Source: Thalia democratica
Taxonomy: Eukaryota
Length of the DNA stretch: 64,000 nucleotides
Assembly: GCA_965202585.1 (NCBI GenBank)
Contig: OZ241830.1
Span: 71,982,001-72,046,000, forward strand
Direction of reading: 5' to 3'
Shown here in pieces: positions 26,335 to 41,300 of the stretch; position 1 is the stretch's first letter; each line of letters starts with the position of its first letter. A program made the position numbers and the translations under genes. A model generated the notes under the pieces. It had not been told where the DNA came from, searched no databases, and saw nothing but the letters and a program-made list of their open reading frames with translations.

Positions 26335-29300
26335 ATGATAACCACAAACACCCTTCTCATAGTTGGGCTGTTGGCCACTTTGGGTTACTCACAGAGACCG
26401 GACCTTTCAGCATACGAAAAAGTTGGACGTTAGTTTAGTTTAATTCATACTTTTAATAAATTAAAAACTGTTTTGTATATTGTCTAGAACTCTGTTTCGA
26501 ATTTATTTCATACCAAAATAACGTTTAATACAGTTGTTTGTGTGTAGTAATCAAAATTGAGTTGTATACAAACTGATATTTTGTAGTTTATACTTTAATG
26601 TTTTTTATACTTTAAAATGATATATTAGTTTTAAAAAAACGTTTATATTAGAAACGTTTTGAATATCTTAAGTCTTTAATAAAAGCTTCTTATTTCATGC
26701 TCGATTTAACTTCGTTTAAAATATTTTCCAAATGATAAACTTTATAAAAAGTGTCGAAAGCGAGTAAATTTTATACATTGTTGAGGTTTTAATAATAGAA
26801 TAATGTTATAGATATATAAGAAATCTATATATTTTTTTTGACGGTTTAATTTTTGAATTGAGAAAATATCAGTTTAAATAAAATAGGAAGTAAAATTTAA
26901 AATAGTTTTTAATTTGTGGTAAAAAGGTAACACAAGCAGCTTATTGCAATGATAAATCTTATCAAGCAGATAATAGTAGTTTTAGCGATTAATCCTCTTT
27001 GAAATTGTTTAACTCAAGAACATCTATATTATTAATAAAAAAGTAAGTAAACACTATACAGTTTTAATACATATTAAAACAAAAAATCATATATAAAATC
27101 TGATAACATCGAACATCGTTTTTTCAAATTAAATGAAAACATGATAAACTTTTGTTTAAAAAAGTGAAAGAAAAATAATCTTAGATACTATAATATCTAA
27201 ACATTCATTGCATAAAAAAACTCAGTTTGTTTTGCATATTTAAGCGGAAAGTTTTTTTTTCAGAAATAATTCCGTGCAACGGCTCGGAGATCGGGCTCCT
27301 GATTCCCCAGGTTGCCGAGTTCACAGACCTGACGGGAGAAATACTCTCCCCGTGTTTCGTGGACAACTACCTGGCACCGCTGAGAATTAACAGGAAGGTG
27401 TGGAGCTTGGAAGCGGTTTCTCCCACCGGGTACCCGATTGTCGGTACGTTGCTTGGTGATAAATTGATCAGTGATTACGTCACAACTGTTTACAAAAAGA
27501 TATTTCCGACTATGATAAATTAATTTTTTAAACGATAGATTGTCAGACTAAAACTAATAGAATGAATATCAGTCTATCAAGAGTGTAAGAGTCGTACTGT
27601 AGGGTATTTTAGGCTTAGCATGAGTATATTTGTTACTGAGTATAAATATATTAATAATAATTTACGGTTTTACAGTTTACTATATTAGGTATTTCTGTTC
27701 CTTTTAACTAAAAAGTAGGCACAAGTCTTTCATCGTAAAATTACTGAAATTTTTAATTTTGAAATCTAAGTTTTATAACTAAATTTTAAATATAATTTAT
27801 ATTCGTTAATTAGGTTTTTTAAATTATGTTGCAGATTAAAGTATACATTTAAATAAAGAATAAATGTTTTCTAATTTGTGTTGAATGATAATTTTATGAA
27901 AAGTTTAGTTTAATATGTTTTTATTGTTTTTAAAGTTTGTAGATTTGTATATATTCAACATAAAAATGGATTTTTATGACTGTTAATTTATTTGATAATA
28001 GTAAAACAAGTTCTGCATTGAGAATAACAAGACTAACTGCAGCTTTCGCAACACAAAATTATTTTGAAAACATTTCGAAATTTAAATTAATTTATGTTCA
28101 CAGGCTACCGCATGTTCATCAACGAATTTTTCACGTCCTTCGGTGAAACAGAACCTAATGGCGTGTTGTACTTTGGAAGCGCCAGAAACGAACCTGGTGT
28201 TGTCAGTCAGCTCATCCTTGTTTCACAGTTAGTAATTTATTGGTTAAATTGACAATAACGGTCAAATTTTTATTTATTATCATTTAAACTTGTTTGCCGA
28301 ACTTAACTAAACTTTGCGTCTATGATCACATAAAACGCTACTTTTACCAAGATAAATAACTTGATTATTTTTTTAATCGTATTTTAATACTCTCAATCAC
28401 GTTGTAAATCTAATAAATGTTAGTTATGTTTACAAAGCTCGAGTAAAAACATAACAAAAATCAAGATTTAGGTCTGAGAACAAGCAGCTTTGATTCAGAA
28501 ATATATGTAAAATTTGTAAATAACAATATTAGACTTAATATTTCTAATTTAAACTTTAACAAAGTAAATGCAAAACAATTTAAACAATTTTGTCTTTTTT
28601 ATTTATTTAAAAACATTAAAACACTACATTAAATTAGTTTTAAAACAGGTATGAGTTAGATATAAGCTTCACATGACAGTAGCAAAACTTAAGGAAACTA
28701 AAAATATGGAAGTTTTCAATTGTCACACCTTTAAAACATGACAAAGTACCGAAAGGATGAACTTTTTTTTTTCCAAATTTGAAAGCATTTTACTAAAATG
28801 AACAATTATGAAAAGTAACAGAATACTTAACGCTTCGATTGAAGTTAATATAAAATTTCCGATAATTTATGGTGTTGCACTTTCATTGCTACGCAACTCA
28901 AGTTTATTTCACCTTAAATAATACCAATATGTAATGAAAACCCTAATAAGGTAAACAAATAATTCATTTTTTGTTTTAAGACAAAACTATATTATTATGA
29001 AAATATGCAACTTAATGTTGGCTTGAGATAATACTTCTCAATTCTGAAATTAAAAATAAAATGTTTAGTCGCTTTTATGTTGCAGCGTTTTGTAGACTTT
29101 TAGTTTACTTGAAATTTTCTTTTTACAAAAATATAAACAATAACGTTTTTCGTTATTTTTTACTTTGTGTTGTTTTTAAACTAAATTCGTATTATGAAAA
29201 CTTGTATTTTGAAAACTTGAAAAATAAATGTATCACATAATTCTAAAACACCGTAAAACTAGTTTTAGATACGACTAAGCTACAAATATTTTTATTTGGT

Positions 29301-32300
29301 TTTAAGAATTATCATTTTTTATTTAGGGCAGTTTGTGATTTTAAAATTGAATGATTATATGTTTAATAAACTAAAAACAATTTTATTACTTAGTTCTAAG
29401 GAACTTATAACTATATACTTAAAAGCTAAAATCTCTTAAACTAAATATTTACTTTAATTTACAGTTTCCTCAAAACTACTTTTAATTGAGTAATTCATTG
29501 TTTTTTAAATAAATTTGTTAATCAAAAAAAAGTCCAAAAATTAAATACTTAAAGTAGAGCTAACTGCTATCATACTTTTTATAAAATACTAAACCGCTTA
29601 TGGTATAGGTTTCTACATTTTACTTATTATTGTACGTATAATAGAAAAAAATAAGGTTCGAAAATGTTCACTTGAATTTTTGAAATTTTACATCTGTTAA
29701 GTTTCCGGGTAACAGTCTTAACGGTAGAATTAAGGGTTTAACTTAATTGTTAGAATTTTCGAAATAGCAGATTACATTGAGCAAGTGGAAGAAAAAAAGT
29801 TTAAGCCAAAATTAAATAAAAGCAAACAGAGTTAGCAAGCGTGCACAGACGTCAAACAGAAATATAATTCTTCAAAGCAACTGAAGCAAGGAAATTTTTA
29901 CCGATACTATATTTAACATTTTTCTTCTCCTAGTAGCTTATACGGTCTGTTTTTCAGGCTAATTTTAGGAAACATGACTTATGATGTTTTTAAAGTATTT
30001 AAAGAAAATATTTTTTTAAAGTTGTTAAACAGCTCCTTTGATAAAACAAGACCAAGTTAAAACAAATTGAACTTACTTCAGCTTTTGAAAAAAGCGTTTT
30101 ACAATGAATTAAAAGTCATATAAATTTGTGTATTTTATATATCGTGATCTTTTGGTAAATTGGATTTGGGTTACGTAAACTACTTTAAATCTAATTTTAG
30201 AGTATAAAATATCATTTCTTCAACTTTGCATGAGGTAAACTTTGTTGTGTTTTGTGATAAAGTACGTATTAAAATTACTACACTTTGTTCATACTTTTAA
30301 TAAAAGCAAAACGTTTTAAAACGTACACCACAAACCACAAAAAATACATTATACATAATTACATAAGTTCATGACCATCAGAGAATTATTAAATGCTTAT
30401 TTCTTATAATTTTTAATAAAATCCAACCTTTCTTTTAGTTAGCAATCGGTAGTTAACCAAGTAAATTTAAAACCGCTAACCAAAAACAGATTAACTTAAC
30501 TGATAATCTGAAAACTACTTTAAACTCAAATTTAACACGATTATAAACTTAGTGGTTTACAAAGTTTAACAATTATTTCATACGTTTTAAACTATTAATT
30601 TTTTAACTTAAAATTTTAAACTACTAATGCAGTTTATTGCTTTATTGATAGCAACCTATACTTCTTAAACAAACTAGTTACTAAACAAAGCTTTTTATTT
30701 TTTGTGTCTTGCAACAAACATAATTTTAGTCGTGTTTTAACATACCAAGCTGGCTTTTTCCGAGTACACTTTTGAGCAGACAGAAAGCATTCTGTTTAAC
30801 TTCAGTTCCGAGAAGTTCTAATTGGTAAACTATCAAAATCCACCCGATTAAATTCCACCTACGTTCAAAATCCACCCATTTTTTAATTTTTTTTATTATT
30901 TATTAATTTTATTTTAAAACTTTTTGCATTTTTTAAGTTTATTTTTATTTATTTTTCACTGTAACTGTTACCCCTAACCCTTACCCTCGATCGGTAAGCG
31001 GTTCTCGAATTTGACTTAGTGGATTTTGAACATGTCCCGTTCTAATTAGCCCGAAAGTTTCATTTCAACGTCATAATTCAACTTTCACAACTTTAAACTT
31101 TCAGGCTGAACGATCTGTACGGGGACGGCACGATACCCAGGGACGTGGCGACCAACGAGGGGCTGACGCTGAGGACGGGGGCGGACAACTCGGTGCTGAC
31201 CAGGCTGCAGAACGGGGACAGCAGGGACGTGGAGATGCACCCGCTGTACTTCACCCTCGAGCACGACCTGGAGAGCGAGACGGGAAGGTTCAACATTTCC
31301 TTCAGGGCCGGTACGTTTGATAAGTGGTTTTAATTAAATTTAAATGACTTCTTTTGTAAAACTGTTTATATGTTAATCTGAAGTTAAATTTAGCTTAAAC
31401 AATGTATTGCTTAACAACCAAAAATACGGTTTACTTTATTTATAGTTTTATTTTGAAATTCAATAGAGCATAAAGCACTCTGCTTTTTTTTAATTAAAGA
31501 TATTTTTTTTATTTATACTTACCGATACAGGCTTGTTTACTTAACTATCTATCTTAGTCAAAAGTAACAGCATTTAATAACTTTATAGTTAGTATAGCAC
31601 TCTAACTTCTTTTGAGGAAAAAATTTTCAAAGGTAGACGCTCATCATTTCTGATTTTTTGCTAATTTTTAATTGTTTACCAATACTAAAGAATATATAAA
31701 GATCTTTTTCGTTTTACGGTGTCAAATTAATTTGTTAGAAGTTTTGCTCCCGATACTCTTATTAGCTCTTTTTTGCCAAGTTTAAAAAAAAGTTAATGCT
31801 GTCATGTTTTTGCGATTAGTAAGCAAAAAAAAGTTTTATTGCTTGATATGTTATTCATTCAAAATATTTTTGCTACGTCATCAAAAGGTTTGAGTTAACT
31901 TTCCATACAGATGAGGACCTGTGCAGTAATCCAGCTGGAGTGGCACCGTTTTGTTTGAACGGGGGATCTTGTAACAGGGACGGATTTTTCACATACTCTT
32001 GCGAATGCATTCCTGGATGGACTGGGGATAACTGCGAAATTGGTTTGTTTTTTTATATTCTATCAATTACTATATATAAAAGTAAGATGTAAAAACTATT
32101 TAGGTTTTGCTACTTAAGTTACATGGCTTTAAAATATGTTTACAAAACTTTTTTAAAATTGTGACTAAGCTAGTTATCATATTGTATGGTATTATATAAT
32201 TTTTGTTGATAACCTGTTTTAATTAAATTTTTTAAATAAATATATAGTATTAGAAACAAATATTCGATTAGAATTAAAACAACGTATACTACTACAGTAA

Positions 32301-35300
32301 ATTTATTATTTTGAGATAAAAAACACTATTGCTCAAGTTCAGAAAAATAAAATTTTTGAGATTGTTAGTATTTTTTCATCAAATCAAAGTTCAAATTTTA
32401 TAAGGTTATAAGCAATTAATAAATGGGTTCCCTTTTAAACTACGAAACGTGTATTGCAAAGAGAAACCCTTACATAATTGATAAAGGGAAGTATGCTTGT
32501 GTAATGACATATGAAGCAAGATTAAACGCTCCAGTAAGTTTAAACCAAGGCATTACAAAACAATATATTTGTAAAGTCTGCAACATGTAATCAATCACTT
32601 AGAGTTTTATTCTATTTTAATATTCATTCACGACGGTATTAATAGTGTTTTAAAAGTTTTTATCTAAGCATTTAGTTATAAAAATTTAGTTGTCACTCAC
32701 GTACTTGTGACATTTTTATTTAAGATTCAGTTTTTTTTTTAATATAATTTAACGTTAAAATTTAAGGTTTCTTTTAGACAGTTTTTGTTTGTGTTTGGTA
32801 GCTCTATCACTTGCTTAAACAGTTTTTACTTATTATATAAGAAACATCATCAACAACAACTATTTAAATGTAAGAATATTTAAGATTGTAAAAATTACTC
32901 TAAATACAATTTATAACAGATGTCAATGAATGTGCTGATGCTACTTTAAACAATTGTGATGATGATGCAACTTGTACAAACACTGATGGAAGTTTCACTT
33001 GTGCTTGTAATGATGGCTTCACTGGAGACGGTGTCACTTGCGATGGTTTGTTAATTAAATTTGTTATATTCTCACGCAATTTTATAGAATAAAGTTAACT
33101 TAGGGTGTTAACTTATTTTAGTTTGCCACGAAACTGTTAGTCAGTTTTGTAAACTGTTATTTCCAGTAAAAAACCTCTTTAACGTTTTTAAAAATTTACT
33201 CTTTAACTCCATATCAATTTTTTTCTTAAACTAGTTATTAGAAACAAAAAGTAAAACCTATTTTGATTAAAACTTTCTAAGATACAATCTATTATTCATA
33301 CTATCAACTACCAATTTATTAATGGTCATTCAAACAACCAAAGTTTTGTTTTTGAACGCAGATATTGACGAGTGCGCTGACGCCACATTGAATGATTGCG
33401 ATGATCCGGTTCGGGCTACGTGCAACAACACTGCCGGCTCATTCAACTGCTTCTGCAATGCTGGGTACGCTGGTGATGGTGTTACTTGTACTGGTTAGTA
33501 CCTTAGTATGCTTTTTAAAGTATGTACGATAAGATGCGTGTGTGTTAGGTTTTGTTTATGCTATACTCATTATTTTGCACAACTTGAAATTTTATTTACA
33601 AAAAAATTTTAGAATGTTACGACAAAAAGTAAATAAATATATCTTTTACTGAGTAATAATAATAGTTATACTTTATTAAAGTAGGTTTTGTCTAAATACT
33701 GTAAACTTTTTTAATTTCAACCTAAACAAAATTTCAGTTCCCATTGTTAATTAATTTGGTCAACTTTAAAACACGAGCATGACATTTTAAATTAAAACAA
33801 ACAAACATTTGATTGTTATTAGTAGTTAAAATTTGTTAATTTTGGGCAACCAACGAAATAAGGATAAGTAATAGTTTTACAAGTCAATTTTTACTAAAGT
33901 AACGATTATAAGCTTTGTAAAAATATCCATAAAAAGACTTATACTTTTATAGATAAGACAGATATATTTTGTTTGTATTTTGAGTAACATTTTGTTATTT
34001 TTTTACATACAGAAACTTTAAGTATAACACTCATTTTATTTACACTTTTCTTATTTATACAGACGTCGACGAATGTGCACTGGGTACTGACAACTGCGCA
34101 GATGGTACGGCTACTTGCGCGAACACAGTTGGAAGTTTTACGTGCACCTGCATAACTGGCTACACCGGGGATGGTGTTACTTGCACTGGTTCGTTTTTAT
34201 TTTTTTTTGTTTTTTTGTGACTTCAGAAATACAACTTATACTTAAGTACAGTTTTTATGAAAAAACCAAAATAATAGTTGATAAGAAAAACTATACTTGA
34301 ATGTAAAAGTATGAGTATAAAAGATAAATACATTGTGATATCAAAAGCGATTCCAACACCTGTTTGTAAGAAGTTATCAAAATCAAGCGTTAAAATACTT
34401 CCCATTTAATAAAAATCTTAACCAACATGATACTTTATTTCGCTCGACTACCGAAAGGTTATTTTTGTATACCAGGTCGTACGACCAAATAATTTTTTTT
34501 CAATAAACATTATATGTATTAGATATTGATGAATGCACACTCGGAACTGACAACTGTGCGAACGACACGGCGTCATGCACAAATGTACCTGGCGGATTCG
34601 TATGCGAGTGTATTACCGGATATACCGGGGATGGAGTAACTTGTACCGGTAAGTTTGTCAACTATTATCTTTATTAAAAAAAAACAGTATTTAGATTAAA
34701 GTATACTTCAAAAGACTTTTTTTTAATTTTAACCTTGCTAAATTATAGCTAATTATTCCTAGAGATTTATTCGACAAACTTTTGAAAACTAATAATACTA
34801 AGTTATAAGTATTTACAATTTAAATTTTGTCATGACAACTATGACGTAACAGATGTGGACGAATGTGCAACTGACAACGGAGGTTGTGGAAATGTTACAA
34901 CTTCCTTGTGTACCAACTCTATTGGAAGTTTCTCTTGTTCCTGCAGAGTCGGATTCCCTGGAGTGCCACCCAACTGCGAAGGTATTGAATAAGTAATTTT
35001 TAGTAGTATGCTAAACATTTTAAGCTAGAAAATTACAAAAAACCCTAATACGAATTAGATTTATTTTATAGTACCTTTTATATCCATAAGAGTTTCAAAA
35101 AAGTAAACTGTTTAAATATAGACAATTTTTTATAACTTGCTGTTTTAAAATTTGTTTTATATACTTACTATATATTATGATTAAGCCCATAGATTTGACT
35201 ATTTCAATAAATGAATTTATAGTAGGTTGAAGTTACATATTTTTTATACATAGTATACGTTAATAGCATATGATGCTACAACTGTTTTTAACTTATTTTT

Positions 35301-38300
35301 TAAAATTTTACTTTAAGTACTTTGAAATCAAAATAATCGAAAATAACAAAATAAAACTTTTCTTGCAGAAGGTAAAACGACTGGAACCATGGTTTTGTAA
35401 AAGTTAAAACATACAGTTTACATTCGTTAAAAAGCGCATAAATATTTGAAAAAACGTTTTTTATTTTTCTGTTTTAGCAAAAATTGTAACTAAAAAAATC
35501 TTATATCTTATTTTCACATAATTAATTATGCCAATTATTCAGGATGTAAACTGTATTAAATTGAACCACATACACGCTTTATAATGAGCACAAGTCATCA
35601 CATCTATTAACTGATTCATATCTAACAATAACGGATATTGTAAAATATTCTGGCACTATTTTTTAAGTCTGAAGTTTTTAAAATCAATTTTTTTTTTTGA
35701 GTAATGTTAAAATTATTTATGATACTGATAAAAGAAATTTTGAATATTTTTAATATTTTTCAAAATGTTTTATTTTTAACTGATATTTTTGAATCTAAAA
35801 ATCTCACTAAACTTTATTCTATTGTTCAACATATTCATTCACCTGCTACATCGATTTTTAACTGAAACTTTATTATTACGTACACATTAACTACTTCAAA
35901 GCTAATAAATTTACAAACAAAATAATTTTGAATTTTAATGTTTAATCAATTTTCATTTTATTAAGTGTTCATAGCTTTTTAAGTCAAAGGACCACTTACC
36001 AGATCCTAAATTTTTTTTCAACGTCTAACTGCTATATAAACTCGCTTGATCTGAGCAAATTTAGTAGTTTGGAGTAAATTAAGAAAATATTTTAAACATA
36101 GTTTTCCAAAATAAAGGGTAAACTTTTAAAACCTAACTTTAAACTTTACACTTAAATTTTAAAAGTAAACATAACAATAAAGTTAAACCCAATTTACTTT
36201 CACTTCTTATCAAACTTCAAATGCAAATGACAACATGATAATAAACAGATCAGGATGAGTGTTCTGATCCAGCACTGAACGATTGTGACGATCCCTCCAG
36301 AGCTGCTTGCACAAACACGTTCGGCAGCTTCACCTGCGCCTGTCTGACCGGCTTCACTGGCGACGGTACTAATTGTACGGGTGAGTTTTGAATTGCATGT
36401 TTCTCAATTTTGTGTGTACTCAAAGTAACCCTTTAAAAGTCATAATCAACACTTTAGGACTTTAAATGGTTAAATATACCGTAAAGTAGCTTGCTTTTTT
36501 TAATTTCAGCTAGGTTTTATTTTCTAAGCCTTTAATGCATTGAATTTTTTAAATATTATTTAGAACAGTTAATACTTAAATAATAAAAAAATAAATCATA
36601 AATATTACACAAACAAAACTTTAAAAAAATTTTTTAAACGTAGCCGACAAACTTCAAAATTAATGTCTGAGCTTTGCAGCTCACTTCAACTGAGTTTCTT
36701 TATACAGATATCGACGAGTGTGCACTGGGTACTGACAACTGCGATGATGACTCGCGAGCGGAATGTACAAACACGGCGGGAAGCTTCACTTGCGCTTGTC
36801 TGACAGGATACAGTGGAGACGGTGTTAATTGCACAGGTAAAACTTTTTTTGGCTGTCAAATACAACCTTCGTACGTTTTTCTTTGTTTTGTATACAAAAT
36901 ATAAAAAAATATACAAAATACAACAGGGAAGTGTTGAAAATATTTCATTGTAATTTCTACTCAATGCTCTAAAAAAGTATTAAGCAAATTTTGCTACTTT
37001 ACTGATAATATAATACTTTTTGAAAACTGTAATAATTTTGTTGCTGCATTGAAAACTCATGTTAAGTATAAATTGTTTTTAAAAGTTTTAACTTCTTTTG
37101 TAAAACTTCAATCAAACAACTTTAACTAAAATAACTTTGAAAAATACAATATTAGTTAAAAAGCTACAATAAATATAAAAACTTCATTTAAACAGACATA
37201 AATGAGTGTTTGGTTGATAATGGTGGTTGTGGTGATGTTATTGGAGCAATTTGTACCAATACACTTGGATCTTTTGCTTGTGCTTGCCGTGTTGGTTTTG
37301 AAGGAACTCCTCCCAATTGTACAGGTATAAAAAATAACTAATCTTTCTGTTATTGGATAGTAGTTATGGACGGTTTTTTAAATGGCATCCAAATTGAGTT
37401 GCACCATTGTTGTTTTTCAAGTTATGTTACTTATAAATAGGTTTTTGGTTCTTTGGTTCATTTTTTTCTTAGATAAATCCCAGCATACAAAACTTTTTAC
37501 TAGCTAAAAAAAATTTTTGTTATAAACATATAAAAATCAATAATCTAAAAATTTTCTAAAAAAGTCTCCAGTTTTATGCAAAGATTATAATGTTAAATTT
37601 ATTTGTTAAAGTACAGGTATAGTTAGTTTTAGACTTAAAGTATGCTCAGGTATGAAATTTCATTTAGCTAATCTTTTAAATATTAGCAAATTAATACAGT
37701 AGTTTTAAGTTTTCATTGAATTGGGAAAAAAGCTTTACTTTTAAAATAATGTGTATTTGGTCAAAACTTTGTTAAAACTAAAGTCTATAAATTATTAAGG
37801 AATTTTTTTTCAAGTCACGCATTTTATTGTTCAGTACTTTAATCAGATTTAAATCAACAAACTACTGACATTAGTAAATACATAAAGTTATAATAAAAAA
37901 ATCAAACTTTAATTTTGCAGACATTGATGAGTGCGCAGTTGACAACGGAGGATGTGGTGACGTCACTACAGCTTTGTGCACAAACAATGTAGGAAGTTTC
38001 TCCTGTGCTTGCAGAGATGGTTTCGAAGGAACCCCGCCCACGTGCGGTGACGTTGATGAGTGCGCTGATCCAGCTCTCAACGATTGTGACGTCATAGAGA
38101 GAGCCACTTGCACCAACACAGTACCTGGATTTACTTGTGCTTGTAATACAGGATATGCCGGAAACGGAAGTGTTTGCACTGGTAGCTGTTTATTGTTGTA
38201 ATGTTTTAAGTTAGATATAAAAACTAAATCTTATAAGTTAATAGGTTTAAATGCTGAATAACCATTTAACAACGTCTTTAGAACTTTTATTTATTATTTT

Positions 38301-41300
38301 CATGTTTTATTACTGCATTTAAAGAAGCTGAAGTAAATTTTTGTTTATTGAAATCATATTTCTAAATTAAGTATTTATTTATAACAGACATTGACGAATG
38401 TGTTGATGCTACTTCAAACAATTGTGATGCTGATGCAACTTGTACAAACACTGATGGAAGTTTCACTTGTGCTTGTAATATTGGCTTCACTGGAGATGGT
38501 GTCACTTGCGATGGTTTGTTTCTTGTTTGATAACTGAAATTTATTTAGTAGATTCAAAACTTGACAGACTAACTAACACAAGTTTTAAATACGAAGTAGA
38601 GGAATGTATCTGTAAAGGATTAGTTTTTATATCTAAAAACAAAACATTTTTTAGTTGTTTCAGAAGTGTACAAACCTTTAAATTATTCAAAATGAGAGTC
38701 AAAGTTTCTTTTAAAAGTTTTTTCGTAAAGTTGGATTCTTTTGTACAACTAATAATTCGAGAAACTTCTTATTTTTGTTTTTTAATATTTATTTATTTGT
38801 AGTCTCGACAGCGACTAAAAGTTAAAAACATACTCCTAGAAATATGTAATGTTTTCTCGTTAGTAGGTGGTTTTGACTTTTAGGGAATAATAAATAGTAA
38901 GGTAGAAAAAATAATTGTGAAATTTTTTGGCGATTATAAAAATGAGTTTGGAAAACTCTACCGTTTTAAAAGCTCTAACAAGCTTCATTATAAGATAAAG
39001 TTCATCACAAAAAACTTGAGAAATTAAACAACGTATAATAACAGATATCGATGAGTGTGCAACTGATAACGGTGGTTGTGGAGATAATGTCACTACGATT
39101 TGCACAAATTCAGTTGGAAGTTTTTCATGTGCTTGTGTTGCCGGTTATGAAGGAACCCCACCTAACTGCACTGGTTAGTGTATACATTTTTTAATATTTA
39201 TTTTATGCAAGTTTAATAAATAATCCTGAGCTCTCTGTTTATTTTTTATACTTAATAAGTTTTTTTATACATCTACCGTACTTGAGTATAGTATTTTTTA
39301 AGTTTTCATCAACTGTTGCTCTAACATTAACTGTAAGGGTTGGTTAGTATTAAGAAACTGAAAAATTTATTAAATTTAGATAACTTTTGAGTTTCAATCA
39401 ATATAAAAACTTCATTTAAACAGACATAAATGAGTGTTTGGTTGATAATGGAGGTTGTGGTGATGTTATTGGAGCAATTTGTACCAATACACTTGGATCT
39501 TTTGCTTGTGCTTGCCGAGTTGGTTTTGAAGGAACTCCTCCTACTTGTTCAGGTATATGTGAAAGTTATTTACTGAGTATCTGTATTACTCGATTAAAAA
39601 GGTGATGGGTTTTAAGGTTATAAAGTTTTCATTTAGAAAAATTAGCAAAACATCTTTACTTTCAAAGATAATAAGTATTAAGTTAAAACTTATTGTATAA
39701 TAAAATCTCTCTTATTATTTTGGACTGTGCATTGAAATCAACTATCTGTTTAAAGTAGTTATGACATGATATATTATTGCAGACATTGATGAGTGCGCAG
39801 TTGACAATGGAGGATGTGGTGACGTCACAACAGCTTTGTGTACAAATACTGTAGGAAGTTTCTCCTGTGCTTGCAGAGATGGTTTCGAAGGAACCCCACC
39901 CACGTGCGGTGACGTTGATGAATGCGCTGATCCAGCTCTCAACGATTGTGACGTCATAGAGAGAGCCACTTGCACCAACACAGTACCTGGATTTACTTGT
40001 GCTTGTAATACAGGATATACCGGAAACGGAAGTGTTTGCACTGGTAAGTGTTTATTGTTGTAATGTTTTAAGTTAGATATAAAAACTAAAGTTAATAAAT
40101 TAATAGATTTAAATAATGAATAACCATTTAGCAACGTCTTTAAACCATTTATTTAATATATACATGTTTTATTACTGCATTTAAAGAGGTGAAGTAAATT
40201 TTTGTTTATTGAAAACATCTGTTTATGTAAGAACTTTTTATAACAGACATTAACGAATGTGCTGATGATACTTTAAACAATTGTGATGATGATGCAACTT
40301 GTACAAACACTGATGGAAGTTTCACTTGTGCTTGTAATATTGGTTTTACTGGAGACGGTGTCACTTGCGATGGTTTGTTTGTTAATTACTTTTTCAATAT
40401 TACCCTTAATATAAAAGATATTTTGTTTTGTCATTCTATTTCATCAATCTTTTTTAGGTAAAACTAATTTTAATGGTCTTAGTTTTCCAGTTTTTACTTT
40501 TAATATGTATGTAAAAGTATTAAAACTTTTAAGTTTAATTTCTTATAGACATCGACGAGTGTGCAGTTGACAACGGTGGTTGCGGTGATGTTGTAACTAC
40601 AGTTTGCACAAACTCATTCGGAAGTTTTGCATGCTCGTGTGCCAGTGGCTACGAAGGATCTGCCCCCAACTGTACCGGTTAGCTATCTTTGATTTGTGTA
40701 TATATTTTATATAGTTTAAGTCGTAAATGATTCATTTTACAGCATCTCTTGTAAAAATTAATGATATTTCAAATCATATACTTAATGATGTATTGAAAAG
40801 TAAACTTTTGAAGTATATTTCATAGTAAGACATTGAAGCAAAAACGATTTAGTCTACACAAATATAACTAAGATATGTTCTGGTTGCTTTATAAGTTATT
40901 CAGAAACTTTTTGTAGAATTTATACACAACTAATTTTTACGAAGTGACGCTGTTTAAAAATGTTTACATCATTAAACCTTACATATATGAAATGTTTAAG
41001 GTAATCAATTAAGTGTTGCAAAGTAACGTGTTTCAAACAGATATTGACGAATGTGCTGCTGGCAGTGACAACTGTGCAGATGAACCGGCAGCTACTTGCA
41101 CCAACTTACCAGGAACATTCTCGTGCGCTTGCAACCCCGGATGGTCCGGAGACGGAGTCATTTGCACCGGTAAGTTGTATGTAATTTGTTTTATTAAATG
41201 AAGAACAGTGGTGTGGTAGGTTTTTTGACGTCATAATGACAATACTAAATTTGCATCAAAAGTTAAATTTATGTATTTTGTTTACTTGGAAATATAAAGT

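Noticed and set aside
36686-40134. Minus-strand ORFs 36686-36964, 37871-38179, 38860-39105, 39742-40134
   Set aside because: Antisense shadows of EGF exons.
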